Below are positions 54,189 to 64,000 of a stretch of 64,000 nucleotides of DNA, one piece after another (positions within the stretch are counted from its first letter, which is position 1; every line of letters starts with the position of its first letter). The notes under the pieces were generated by a model that was not told the DNA's origin, did no database searches, and saw only the letters and a program-made list of their open reading frames with translations. The stretch is from positions 704,001-768,000 of the forward strand of contig OY776215.1 of NCBI GenBank assembly GCA_963675495.1, in the 5' to 3' direction. The position numbers and the translations under genes were made by a program. The stretch comes from an uncultured Methanolobus sp. (GTDB lineage Archaea; Halobacteriota; Methanosarcinia; Methanosarcinales; Methanosarcinaceae).

Positions 54189-54554
54189 TTATTCAACGAC
54201 AATGAGTCCACCTTTTGTCCATGGGTGGGTAACAAGTTCATATTTATAAGTGCCCACATCTTCAAACGTGTAGGTGAAAGTATCATTTTTCCTGAGTGTC
54301 GGAGACTGGAAACTGTCCCCCCCTACAAGATTTCCCTTTATGATAAAGGCCACTGAATCGTTATTTATCCACCTGACAGTATCGCCTGGAGAGATCATGC
54401 TTGAGTATGGATGGAACTCATACTCATTGATATATATAATAGCATCCGCCTCAACGGGCTGTGACTCTGGAATTTGTTCATCCACACAACCTGAAAAGGA
54501 CAATGCTAATAAAGATATTAACATTATCAGGAATATTAGACTTCTTGCTCTCAT
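54189..54554 (-). CDS. Cupredoxin/plastocyanin-fold lipoprotein lacking type-1 Cu ligands
   Basis: Lipobox FSGC, PGDTVRWIN, YTF..VGTY.Y; ends YELVTHPWTKG. Confidence 0.8.
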   Translation of the reverse strand: MRARSLIFLIMLISLLALSFSGCVDEQIPESQPVEADAIIYINEYEFHPYSSMISPGDTVRWINNDSVAFIIKGNLVGGDSFQSPTLRKNDTFTYTFEDVGTYKYELVTHPWTKGGLIVVE

Positions 54555-54600
54555 ATTCTTAGAAGAATTGCTATTTCCTAATAACACTTTTGATGGTATA

Positions 54601-56292
54601 TCAATTCCTTTCACGCTGCATCAGGTACATTTCCTCAAGACGCCCGATAGTCTCAACATCTTCAACAGATTTGTCAGACCTTACATTCACCAGCCTTGGG
54701 AAACGAAGTGCATAACCGGATTCATAGTTGACACTTTTCTGGATCTCTTCAAATGCAACCTCAAAGATTATCTCAGGTTTTATTTCAACCTCAGTTCCTG
54801 ACTCCACAATAACAAGTTCTAAGAACAGTTCTGTGAGTTCTGCAAGTTGTTCATCTGAAAAACCAGTCGCAACACGCCCAACAGGCAGGAAACGTCCTGT
54901 ATCAGGGTCATGACATGCAAGTGCGTATGACCCAAGAAAACTGGTACGCCGACCGTATCCCCATTCGGCACCTATTACAACAAGGTCCAGAGTCTCCATG
55001 ACAGGTTTTTTCTTGAGCCAGTTCTTTCCACGTTTTCCCGGAGAATAGGGTGACTCAGGGTTCTTTATCATTACGCCTTCATGACCTGCCTTAAGAGCAG
55101 CATTGTATATTTCCACAATTTCTTCAGGATCATCAGTAAGATACTGAGTGTCGACGTTGATCTTATCCCCGTTTTTGACACAACCCTTAAGTTTCTCTCT
55201 CCTCTCTACGAGCGGAAGGTCAAGCAGACCCTCACCATTGAGATACATAATATCAAAAAGGTTGAGTATTAGAGGAATCTCACGTGCTGTGGCCTGGACA
55301 TCATATTTTCTTCTGAAACGTTTCAGTATATCCTGAAATGCCCTCGGTCTTCCATTTTCATCAATGGCCACGGCTTCACCGTCAAGTATTGCAGATTCAG
55401 CACTTACACTCTCCTTTACTGCTTCTACGATATCAGGAAGAGAAGCTGTTATATTCTCAAGGCGGCGGGAAAAAAGAGTGATATTGTCACCTTCTTTGTG
55501 TATCTGCACCCTTGCCCCGTCAAATTTCCACTCTACTGCAGCAGTTCCTATATCTGAAAGAGCTGCATCAAGACTTGGAGTTATCTGGGCAAGCATCATG
55601 CGTATGGGTCGATTGAGCTCAAGACCAAGAGACAATACTGCATCCCTTCCACCTTCTCTGGCGGTGCTTGCGACAAGCCCAAGGTCATTACTAAGCATAA
55701 AAGCCCTTTCAATTTCCTCAGAAGGAACATCGAAAGCTTTGGAAATAGCATCTCTTACTATGCCTTCACCAACTCCGATCCTTAGTTCTTCCACTGCAAG
55801 GCGTGCAATATAGCTCACCTCTTCCGGCAAAGATGAATTAAAAAGATACTGAAGATTCTTTATTTTAGATGTCTGGGAGCCTTTCCCTGAAGATCTAGAA
55901 ATAGCCTTGAATCTTTCAAATACATCAAGTATAGAGAGATCATTGGACTCCTCCATGAATGAAGAGAAAGTGGCCTGGCCACTGGACACCTTTTTTAAAG
56001 CTCTTGCAGCAGTTTCACCGATGTCGCCTGTTTCCCTCACAAGTCCCTTTATATCAGAAACAGCAAGCCCTGCTGATTTTGCAAGAGCATTGTAAAGAAT
56101 ACCGGCACCAACACCTATCTCTTCACTGCTCCATGCAGGAAATATCTCACCCATCACAAAATGAGTGACAACCGGAAGTTCCTCAGGAGTGACCTGTTCA
56201 AGCAATTCAGCAACCAGAGATGCCATGTCCAGAGACCCTGAAGTGTTCTCGATGACCTTGCAGGCCTCAGAGAATTCTCTAAAACTTGTCAT
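54601..56292 (-). CDS. lig: ATP-dependent DNA ligase
   Basis: [24 protein letters not shown]. Confidence 0.97.
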   Translation of the reverse strand: MTSFREFSEACKVIENTSGSLDMASLVAELLEQVTPEELPVVTHFVMGEIFPAWSSEEIGVGAGILYNALAKSAGLAVSDIKGLVRETGDIGETAARALKKVSSGQATFSSFMEESNDLSILDVFERFKAISRSSGKGSQTSKIKNLQYLFNSSLPEEVSYIARLAVEELRIGVGEGIVRDAISKAFDVPSEEIERAFMLSNDLGLVASTAREGGRDAVLSLGLELNRPIRMMLAQITPSLDAALSDIGTAAVEWKFDGARVQIHKEGDNITLFSRRLENITASLPDIVEAVKESVSAESAILDGEAVAIDENGRPRAFQDILKRFRRKYDVQATAREIPLILNLFDIMYLNGEGLLDLPLVERREKLKGCVKNGDKINVDTQYLTDDPEEIVEIYNAALKAGHEGVMIKNPESPYSPGKRGKNWLKKKPVMETLDLVVIGAEWGYGRRTSFLGSYALACHDPDTGRFLPVGRVATGFSDEQLAELTELFLELVIVESGTEVEIKPEIIFEVAFEEIQKSVNYESGYALRFPRLVNVRSDKSVEDVETIGRLEEMYLMQRERN

Positions 56293-56323
56293 AATATAAC
56301 CCTCGTCCCGGAAATATCGAATT

Positions 56324-57319
56324 TTAGTCCCTGTAAATGGATATCATATCACTCAGGATCGCACTCGCAGTTTCGATAGAACCTGCTCCACGCCCTGTTA
56401 CAGTGATGGGACCAGAAAGGTCAGTTTGCACGGATGCAACATTAAGGGAACCTCCAACTGCCAGTGGATGATCAATTGGCACCAGTTTTGGAGCCACATT
56501 TATCCTGCTGTCGTTGACCTCTCCTATCAGTTTGATAACATAACCATCATTATGAGCCAGCAACAGTGCTTCAGGTGTTATCTTCGTTATACCTGTGACT
56601 GTAACATCCTCATGAGTTGCATTCATTCCGAATACGCAATTTGCAAGTATGACCAATTTACAGACAGTATCAATACCCTCAACATCATATGTCGGATCAG
56701 TTTCAGCATATCCAAGCTCCTGCGCCTCTGCAAGCATCTGCTCATACGGAGCATGCTCCTCCATCATACGGGTGAGAATGTAGTTACAGGTACCGTTGAA
56801 TATACCTTCAACATTGGTGATCTTATTACCTGCCAGCACATCTCTTGCAAGATTCAATACAGGCATTGCGCCACCTACGGTCGCTTCGAACAGGAATTTG
56901 GAACCACCTGTATTGGCCGCTTCCATAAGCCCGCCGTATTGCATCGCAAGGGGACCTTTGTTTGAGGTAACCAGATTTCTTCCGTGTTTGAACGCCGTAA
57001 GCATGTTCTTAAGACCGACGCCACCAGTTACTATATTGGTGGGAGTTGTTTCCACAACAAGCTCGTGGTCAATACTCTCTATGATCTCAAGTCCGGTAAG
57101 CTTTTCAGTGCCAACAATACCTTCTGTGTTCTTTCTGGAAATAACCGCAGTAAGATCTAACCCATCTGCATCAATGGCAGCTGTTCTTGAGTCTGCGATC
57201 GCAACAACTTTAAAATCAATTCCAATACTTTCAAGATATTCTTGTTTATCCAAAATGACCTTTGCAACACCCTGACCAACTGCACCGAAGCCTATAATAG
57301 AAACACGAATTGTTTTCAT
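56324..57319 (-). CDS. hom: Homoserine dehydrogenase
   Basis: [35 protein letters not shown]. Confidence 0.96.
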   Translation of the reverse strand: MKTIRVSIIGFGAVGQGVAKVILDKQEYLESIGIDFKVVAIADSRTAAIDADGLDLTAVISRKNTEGIVGTEKLTGLEIIESIDHELVVETTPTNIVTGGVGLKNMLTAFKHGRNLVTSNKGPLAMQYGGLMEAANTGGSKFLFEATVGGAMPVLNLARDVLAGNKITNVEGIFNGTCNYILTRMMEEHAPYEQMLAEAQELGYAETDPTYDVEGIDTVCKLVILANCVFGMNATHEDVTVTGITKITPEALLLAHNDGYVIKLIGEVNDSRINVAPKLVPIDHPLAVGGSLNVASVQTDLSGPITVTGRGAGSIETASAILSDMISIYRD

Positions 57320-57831
57320 TAAATTGCCCCCAATTCACTTTTAATCGGTTCAATGACCAGAAGATCTTTCTTTTTTGCAATATCCTTCAGAAGCTCAATA
57401 GCTGATGCAAGATGCTCTTTGCTTACTGCATCTATTTTTAATGATGCTGACGATGGCATTTTTATTTTTGGCATAGAAAGGTTAAGATCAACAACTTCTG
57501 CATAACCTGTGTTATCAATTGTATCTATGGTATCCTGAATATCAGTGTGCACTATATGCCCGATAAGAATTACCGCACCATGTTCAAAATACCTCTTTTC
57601 ATCAATGCGTGCAATACCGATATCGCTATCTTCAAGGCTGGTAATAATACTGTTAAGATTATCCGGTTTTGTCTCAAAAACGATATGAACCGGAATAGTG
57701 CCACGGGGAGTCCTTTTTTCATGATGGTGGACCACCGATATCAAATTGCCTTTGAACTCGGATACTGGTCGTAAAGCAAGAAGTAACTGCCCGGGGATAT
57801 CTTTTAACTCAATGTCCATGGAAACTCGCAT
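57319..57831 (-). CDS. ACT-domain allosteric regulator of homoserine dehydrogenase
   Basis: LKDIPGQL, GNLISVVH; overlaps the hom start. Confidence 0.88.
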   Translation of the reverse strand: MRVSMDIELKDIPGQLLLALRPVSEFKGNLISVVHHHEKRTPRGTIPVHIVFETKPDNLNSIITSLEDSDIGIARIDEKRYFEHGAVILIGHIVHTDIQDTIDTIDNTGYAEVVDLNLSMPKIKMPSSASLKIDAVSKEHLASAIELLKDIAKKKDLLVIEPIKSELGAI

Positions 57832-58085
57832 GTATACCCTCGTAAATATGTAAATAAAACTATTTCTGAATGCTTGACTTTATACACATTAAATGTAGAT
57901 ATATTCTACGTACAAACTTTTCGCTTGTTTGCTACAAATTTGTTCAGAGCCGTTAACCAACCCCTTTGTGTGTTCAAATATTTTGTTCTATCTATGTATT
58001 AACTGAATTTCTTGTAAAGTGAATATATTTTCAATATTTTTTCTGTGTCCTTTCTAGTTATTGTTCTCAACAATATATTATAGTT

Positions 58086-60134
58086 TTAGCGATTAAGGAA
58101 AATATTGTGATTAGTTTTATCATTTGATATTTCTTCATATGGTGGATACGTTATTATAAGATTGCCTTTGAACAATGTAATAATACGTTTTGGTAGTACC
58201 TTCAATATCGAATGCCATCCCGGAGTATCCCGGTGAGTACTTGCAATTATTATTAGATCATTTTGACTTTCGTCTCTTGAATTCAGAGAGTCTATAAGCA
58301 TATCCCATTCTTCTATACCTTCAAACACTATAGAAATATCAGAACCTGAACTATCGAAAAATTCCTTATATATTGTAGGATCATCAGCGACCACCATAGC
58401 TTTTACAGGTGCCGATGTATGTTGCGCTATCCTTTTTATGGAATCCACTACGGAACAAAAACCTGGATTGTGATCCATGCCTTGAGGGATTATAAGAGTG
58501 ATTCCCTGCGTATTGCACAAAGGATTCCTAATCATTGAAACGAGCACAAGTTTCTTAGTTCCCCTTAGTACCTGGTCAATGACCGAACCAATAATACTCT
58601 CCTTTGGGGAATGGATACCATCCCATCCCATTACGATGGTTGAGATTCTGTTCTCAAGAGATGCTCCCATTATACCTGAAGCTATGTTATATCCAAGACG
58701 TACATGAGTTTTTACAGGAACTTCAGCACATGCAGCATAATTAATAGTATCCATAAGAGATTGCTCAGCTTCTAGGACTTTTTTTTCTGAATTACTATCA
58801 TGTTTTACTACAGAAAGTACATGCAACGGTTCAATGGATTTTTTTTCTCGAATCATCAGGGCCAGATCCATTAAAAGTTGCTTGTACGTAGATTGCGTCG
58901 AAAAAGAAACCAGTACACGAGAGTCTGATTCCAGAGAATTGCATGTGACACTATCTGCAAGGGAAACTCTTTTACCATATATTTCAACAATCTGAGGACT
59001 TATTATCCCGACAATAAGTATCATCATTATTACGGCGTTTATCATGCTCTCATTGAAAAGGCCTGCTTCAAAACCAACGAGTACAATTGCAAGTGCTGCT
59101 GCAGCATGCCCTATAGACAAACCGAACATGGTCATTATTTGGTCCTTGCTATAATGGTACATTTTTCCTGCCAGCCATGCAGCTCCAAACTTGGCAGTGA
59201 TCATAACGCCTATCATCAAGAATCCCAAAGTGAGCTGATTTCCTCCTCCAAAGAAAGAATGAACATTTGTAAGCATTCCCACTGAAAGAAGGAAGAAAGG
59301 TATGAAAAGTACGTTTCCAGCAAACTCTATTCTGTTCATGAGGGGACTGGTATTTGGAATTAGACGGTTAAGCAAAAGGCCGGCAAGAAAAGATCCAATA
59401 ATAGGTTCGATTCCAGCAATTTCTGCAAGATATGCAAGTATAAATGCTATAGACAACACAAAAAGAAATTCAAAATAACTCTCATCTGTAAGTTTACTGA
59501 AAAACCATCGTGCAATACTTGGTACAATGAACAACGAACCTGCAAAGAAAACAAGCAAACCGAAAAGCAACTTGATCCAGAAGAACATATCAAGGCTCCC
59601 ATTCAGGGAGGAGACTACAACAGCCAGGATCATCAGGGTCAGTGTATCAGTAAGTAAAGTAGCCCCAATTGCAGCAGTAATGCCTTCATTGTTGACTATA
59701 CCAAGCTTCTTGATAACAGGATATGCAAGTAAGGTTTGTGAAGCAAACACAGAAGCAAAAAGGAAGGCTACAGTGAAAGACATATCCAATAGGTAATATC
59801 CTGCAGCAGTCCCTGCAACCTGTGGAATTAAAAATGATAATGTACCAAAGACCAGGCTTCGATCTATCTTCTCAATGAACTTGTTGATATTGATTTCCAG
59901 TCCTGCTATAAACATCAGGTAAACAAGACCAATTTCGCCAAGAAGCACAATGGTCTCATCCCTCTCCAGTATATGCAAAGCATTGGGCCCGATCAATGCA
60001 CCGGCAAGAATTACACCGATCATCCCCGGTAATCTTAATGATTTGAATAGCAGGGGTGCTATAAGGAAAATAAGCATCGACAACGCAAAGATCAGCACTG
60101 GTTCGTGTAAAGGGAGTGATGGGATCATGTTCAT
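58086..60134 (-). CDS. CPA2 cation:proton antiporter with USP-like C-terminal domain
   Basis: About 13 TM, GLVYLMFIAGLE, IIGSFLAGL, IPFF..VG; C-terminal IVMGW...GSVIDQVL. Confidence 0.9.
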   Translation of the reverse strand: MNMIPSLPLHEPVLIFALSMLIFLIAPLLFKSLRLPGMIGVILAGALIGPNALHILERDETIVLLGEIGLVYLMFIAGLEININKFIEKIDRSLVFGTLSFLIPQVAGTAAGYYLLDMSFTVAFLFASVFASQTLLAYPVIKKLGIVNNEGITAAIGATLLTDTLTLMILAVVVSSLNGSLDMFFWIKLLFGLLVFFAGSLFIVPSIARWFFSKLTDESYFEFLFVLSIAFILAYLAEIAGIEPIIGSFLAGLLLNRLIPNTSPLMNRIEFAGNVLFIPFFLLSVGMLTNVHSFFGGGNQLTLGFLMIGVMITAKFGAAWLAGKMYHYSKDQIMTMFGLSIGHAAAALAIVLVGFEAGLFNESMINAVIMMILIVGIISPQIVEIYGKRVSLADSVTCNSLESDSRVLVSFSTQSTYKQLLMDLALMIREKKSIEPLHVLSVVKHDSNSEKKVLEAEQSLMDTINYAACAEVPVKTHVRLGYNIASGIMGASLENRISTIVMGWDGIHSPKESIIGSVIDQVLRGTKKLVLVSMIRNPLCNTQGITLIIPQGMDHNPGFCSVVDSIKRIAQHTSAPVKAMVVADDPTIYKEFFDSSGSDISIVFEGIEEWDMLIDSLNSRDESQNDLIIIASTHRDTPGWHSILKVLPKRIITLFKGNLIITYPPYEEISNDKTNHNIFLNR

Positions 60135-60141
60135 CCTCTAT

Positions 60142-60159
60142 AATAATAATAATAATAAT
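60142..60159. repeat. (AAT)6 microsatellite immediately upstream of the antiporter RBS
   Basis: Counted directly. Confidence 0.9.
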
Positions 60160-60419
60160 CAACGTATATTTGTGATTAAAAATATGTATCTCCCATTTTA
60201 TGCAATACATTCTCCCCGATATCAGTTAAAATATATATATATTCTCATGTTGACTTGTCGGGGGTTAAACACACAATTAAATTTTTATATTCCAGTTCTT
60301 TCAAAGCACGGATGATATTTTGAGTTGACCTGTTCGTTTAATGAGCAATATCCGAAGCTATGATGATGATATTCCATTGTGATACGTTTAAATGTGAGTT
60401 TCCAATATATAAATTTGTC

Positions 60420-60640
60420 TTTTGGATTTGGTTAAAAATTTCCCTATATGCAAAACTCAAATCACCAATATTCTTCATAACACATATTTGTCAAGGCTTT
60501 TTATTACTCCCTTTTACAAAAGCGGCGTCTATCTGGAGTTCCCACTTCATCTTCAAGAATTATTTCACCACTAGAAGTCCGCCCATACTCCACTTTAAAG
60601 TCTGCTGGTATTATATTAGATAAGGAACGAATGTAACTGG
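60420..60640 (-). pseudogene. purC: C-terminal fragment of SAICAR synthetase
   Basis: Reads IIPADFKVEYGRTSSGEIILEDEVGTPDRRRF, then after frameshifts SLDKYV* and IGDLSFAYREIF; compare PurC DFKxEFG...DEIxTPDxxR...SLDK...GD...Y.E. Confidence 0.8.
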
Positions 60641-60769
60641 TATATTGGTGCAAGGAGTGAGTTTAGGATTCATAAAATGCTGACATGAATTTGGGTAGTA
60701 GAACATATGTCAGAAGGAAAGTTCCATATTATATTTTTGATGTACATTGTTATTTATTTTTAAATGCAA

Positions 60770-61609
60770 TTATACATTTTGGTTTGAATCTTCCGCATCA
60801 TTCCTTTCTTCAAGAATTATAACATTACCCCGACCTTTCTTGAATTTGCGGACAATACCCCGACTCTCAAGATCCGATATCATAAGGCTGACCTTGGCTT
60901 CAGAGTGTCTGACCTTTGTACGCAGGTCCTTCTGAGTAATGCGGCCATCATTTTTCGCAATGAGATCTATGACCTCCCTTAGATCATCAGGTAGCTCCTG
61001 CCATTTATCGTCGGGAATTATTGAACCAAAATCATCATGAGAAATATCATGACTGTCATCCTCAGATATAGAGGTCTCACTGCGTTTTTTTACAAAATGA
61101 TATCCTCCAACAGATAACGCAGCAATGAAAATAAGAATAAATATCATACTCTGGGAAAATGGATTTATTCCTCCATCATTAGCATTTGATAAATTAGCAA
61201 TTTCATCAAGCTCAGAAAACTCAGTCCCATTAAACGGTGCATCATAATATACAGGAAGTAGGAGCAGATCCATTACGTAGTCCCCATCACCGGTGATGGT
61301 TATTTCCTCTTCAGTATATGCTACCAGATTATTTCCATCATATAAACTGCCTGATATAAGAAAATCACCGGGTTCCAGGTTAAAGGAATATATCCCGTAT
61401 TTTGCAAGCATTGATTGAGGAGGAGTTGAGTTCACCTCGACAATAACATCTTCCAGAGGATCAAATGAATTCCACTCATATACTGCACCATGGATGGTTG
61501 CCATCTCTGCAGCAGTTGAAAACTGGACACATGTAAGTATCATGATTACGAGTAGACAAAGCAGAACCATTTTTTTGTAAATCACTGGATGTATATTTAG
61601 CAAGTACAC
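60770..61609 (-). CDS. Membrane-anchored winged-helix protein (extracellular beta-sandwich, TM, cytoplasmic wHTH)
   Basis: Signal peptide, carboxypeptidase-regulatory-like domain, single TM, GRITQKDLR...SEAKVSLMISDLE.RG.V.K.KKGRGN. Confidence 0.85.
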   Translation of the reverse strand: MYLLNIHPVIYKKMVLLCLLVIMILTCVQFSTAAEMATIHGAVYEWNSFDPLEDVIVEVNSTPPQSMLAKYGIYSFNLEPGDFLISGSLYDGNNLVAYTEEEITITGDGDYVMDLLLLPVYYDAPFNGTEFSELDEIANLSNANDGGINPFSQSMIFILIFIAALSVGGYHFVKKRSETSISEDDSHDISHDDFGSIIPDDKWQELPDDLREVIDLIAKNDGRITQKDLRTKVRHSEAKVSLMISDLESRGIVRKFKKGRGNVIILEERNDAEDSNQNV

Positions 61610-61874
61610 ACATATAATAGTTACTTCGAACTAAAATATGAAGAAAGATAAAGTTTTATCAAGTAAAACAAACTGTTTTAAGGCTTTTTTACACAATGAA
61701 GCATGCTTAAAGTTCCCGTAAAGTAAAGTATGGTTATATCCGGCTCTGCGAATCTTAGAATTGCAAGTGTAAGTTAAAGCACACCAACAAATTATTGCTT
61801 CCTGGCGTATCAACCACCAAATTTGTGCTTGGTTTTCACTTACAAAATAAAAGAAAAATGGGAGAATATTGATT

Positions 61875-62195
61875 ATGAAAATAAAAACATTTACATTAAT
61901 TGCTGTGGCAATTATGCTGGTAAGTTTATTTACAGTAACTGCCATGGCAGCAGATCAGCAAAGAGACAGAGATCAAGACTGTACAGGTGTACCTGATGAT
62001 GTACTAAGAACAAACACAAGAGCAGGCTTCAATGCTGGTGACACCACAGTTGAAGATGCAGGTGTCAGTAACGGAGATTGCGATGGGAGCAACTGCATCG
62101 GCGATTGTGACGGTGAATTTGATGGTAACGGTTCCCAGGGTAATGGAGACTGTGACGGGAACGGACCAAAAAGAGATGGTTCATGCCAGAGCTAA
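61875..62195 (+). CDS. Small secreted Asp/Gly/Cys-rich protein
   Basis: Signal peptide ending AMA; three GDCDG repeats, RDRDQDC, C-terminal RDGSC. Confidence 0.8.
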   Translation: MKIKTFTLIAVAIMLVSLFTVTAMAADQQRDRDQDCTGVPDDVLRTNTRAGFNAGDTTVEDAGVSNGDCDGSNCIGDCDGEFDGNGSQGNGDCDGNGPKRDGSCQS

Positions 62196-62220
62196 ACCAT
62201 AAATGAAGAAATAATGAAAC

Positions 62221-62250
62221 TCCGGCTAATACAGCCGGAACTTTTTATTA
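62221..62250 (+). terminator. Hairpin + T-tract after the small secreted gene
   Basis: TCCGGCT-aatac-AGCCGGA then CTTTTTATT. Confidence 0.6.
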
Positions 62251-62317
62251 TATAATACACTTAAAAGAACATAGAAAGATAAATGACAATTCAACAAGAG
62301 AACTGGAGGGTTATCTT

Positions 62318-63793
62318 ATGAAAAAACAAGGATTGAGAATATTTGCATACTTCGCTGTAGTGCTGATGCTGGTAAGCGTTCTTCCGGTAGGAGCACTTGC
62401 AGCATCTGATAATGGACAGAACAGCGATAATGGAATGTCAGAAACAAATGGTCAGGACAACGATAGTTCTGATGAACAATCTGATGAAGAAGATGATGAT
62501 GAACCTGCAGGTGTTCAGGACCATGACAGGGATCGTGATATGGTAAATGCCCCTGATGCAACAAGGCAAATGGTCGCAAATAAAGTAATAAACAGAGTTC
62601 AGGAAGTTAAGGACACAAGAGCTGGCTACCTTGAAGCAAAGAGCAGTTTTGCCAGTATAAAGTCTAAGAATCCAAACCTGAATTCTGAAGAAGCCATTGA
62701 AGCTACCAAGACATATTTGATCAGTTCTACCGACTATATGATTTCACTCCTTGCTAACGAAGAATATATCGAGGAACTGGAAGAGGAAAGGGAAAATGTA
62801 GAAGCTGCAACAACCAGAGCCGAACTGGCAGATTCTGCAAAGAACATTAAAAGTATATGGAATGATGCACGCAAGAACCGTATAGTTGCTTCAGGAAAAG
62901 TCATCGACGACAAGATAAGTAAAGTTGTCAAAACATCTGATGCCCTGATACTGCGTCTTGAGAATGAGATCGCTACCATGAAAGAAAATGGCGAGGATGT
63001 AGAAGAGCTTGAAGATATGCTTGCTGAATACAAGGCGCTCATGGACAATGCAAAAGAAAACCAGGAGCAGGCAAGAAACACATATATCAATGGAAACGGC
63101 GAGAATGTCCGTGAAGCTAACAGGTATCTTGTACAGGCAGGAAAAGACATCAAGGGCGCAAATGGCCTACTGAGGAACATGCTCAAAGAGCTTAAAGAGC
63201 AAAGAGAAGGAGTAGTGGTGCTCAGTGGAACCGGCGAACTCACTGCAAAAGGTGAAGGAACTGCAGTTCTGTCTGGCAATCTTTCTATAAATATCGCTTC
63301 AACCGATGCAAAGATTGTCATAAAAGATATGGAAGGAAATGCAACAATCAACATTGATGAAAATGAATATGAATCATCTAACATTGATTACGGCAACAGT
63401 ACAGACAATAACCGTGCATTCGTCTACCATAATGTCACAGGTGATGTGTATATTGAAGGAGAACGCCTTACAGTGATGGTTCGTGGATACGATATTGTGC
63501 TTACTGCCGAAGGAACAGGTACTGCAGTACTCGCAGGTGATGGCATCTACAATGTTGAAGAAGGAGAATCAGGGAACTGGGCAAGCCGCTATGTAGATGA
63601 TTCTTCAGACGATGAAGAGGATGACGATTCTTCTGATGATGAAAGTGATGACGAATCTTCTGACAACGACGAGGATGATGATTCTTCTGATGATGAAAGT
63701 GATGACGAATCTTCTGACAACGACGAGGATGATGATTCTTCTGATGATGAAGAAGATGACGAATCATCGGATGAGACTGAAACCACTGTCTGA
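62318..63793 (+). CDS. Secreted coiled-coil/beta protein with acidic tail
   Basis: Signal peptide, helical middle region, two TA.G.GTAVL.G repeats, D/E/S-rich tail; GGAGG RBS. Confidence 0.85.
   Translation: MKKQGLRIFAYFAVVLMLVSVLPVGALAASDNGQNSDNGMSETNGQDNDSSDEQSDEEDDDEPAGVQDHDRDRDMVNAPDATRQMVANKVINRVQEVKDTRAGYLEAKSSFASIKSKNPNLNSEEAIEATKTYLISSTDYMISLLANEEYIEELEEERENVEAATTRAELADSAKNIKSIWNDARKNRIVASGKVIDDKISKVVKTSDALILRLENEIATMKENGEDVEELEDMLAEYKALMDNAKENQEQARNTYINGNGENVREANRYLVQAGKDIKGANGLLRNMLKELKEQREGVVVLSGTGELTAKGEGTAVLSGNLSINIASTDAKIVIKDMEGNATINIDENEYESSNIDYGNSTDNNRAFVYHNVTGDVYIEGERLTVMVRGYDIVLTAEGTGTAVLAGDGIYNVEEGESGNWASRYVDDSSDDEEDDDSSDDESDDESSDNDEDDDSSDDESDDESSDNDEDDDSSDDEEDDESSDETETTV
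63626..63765 (+). repeat. 54-bp coding tandem repeat (two identical copies + one partial)
   Basis: Units start at 63626, 63680 and 63734 and encode DSSDDESDDESSDNDEDD. Confidence 0.92.
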
Positions 63794-63834
63794 GAGCAGG
63801 AAAGAATGAGAAACGATATAGGAGTTGGTACTAA

Positions 63835-64000
63835 ATGAACAAAATAAGAAATATCGTCATCATGGCTGCCCTCATCATTGGTGTAGTGGTTTCAGGATGT
63901 GCAGACACAAGCGTCACCGAAGAAGGAACAGTAATTAATGATACAGAGCCCGCAATAAGTGTTGCAGACGAACTACTCAGTGAAGAAATGGTTGGTATCA
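63835..64000 (+). CDS. Lipoprotein, 5' part only (truncated by the window)
   Basis: MNKIRNIVIMAALIIGVVVSGC lipobox; open to the window end; GGAG upstream. Confidence 0.75.
   Translation, partial: MNKIRNIVIMAALIIGVVVSGCADTSVTEEGTVINDTEPAISVADELLSEEMVGI

Overview
Chromosomal window from a methanogenic archaeon, most likely Methanosarcinaceae (inferred from a Methanosarcina-type S-layer repeat protein, LonB, MTH865, HisKA_2/CHASE4 signalling and archaeal ligase/TopA). It is mostly housekeeping: topA, thiC, Prx, lonB-tldD-pmbA, lig, hom and tRNA-Val/Phe/Gly. It also holds a ~20 kb ion-transport/glycogen supercluster (Na/K-type P-ATPase, two MscS, CorA, CNNM, GT3 glycogen synthase, GalT-like, GT4, two GH57, ACT-V4R, GH15, debranching enzyme) and a flavodoxin/Isf/ArsR redox cluster. 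Reading outside the ORF track found an unlisted ORF at the window edge that resembles a catalytically dead MCM paralog, apparent pseudo-enzymes (GH57, GH13, cupredoxin) and several deletion scars (a GT4 paralog with its middle removed, a purC fragment, and a mosaic of decayed redox-module copies next to tRNA-Gly). A MITE-like inverted-repeat element and a membrane-anchored wHTH regulator divergent from acidic, Cys-rich secreted proteins are also present. I saw no CRISPR array, intact transposase or integrase. All family calls come from motif recognition by eye, not database searches.
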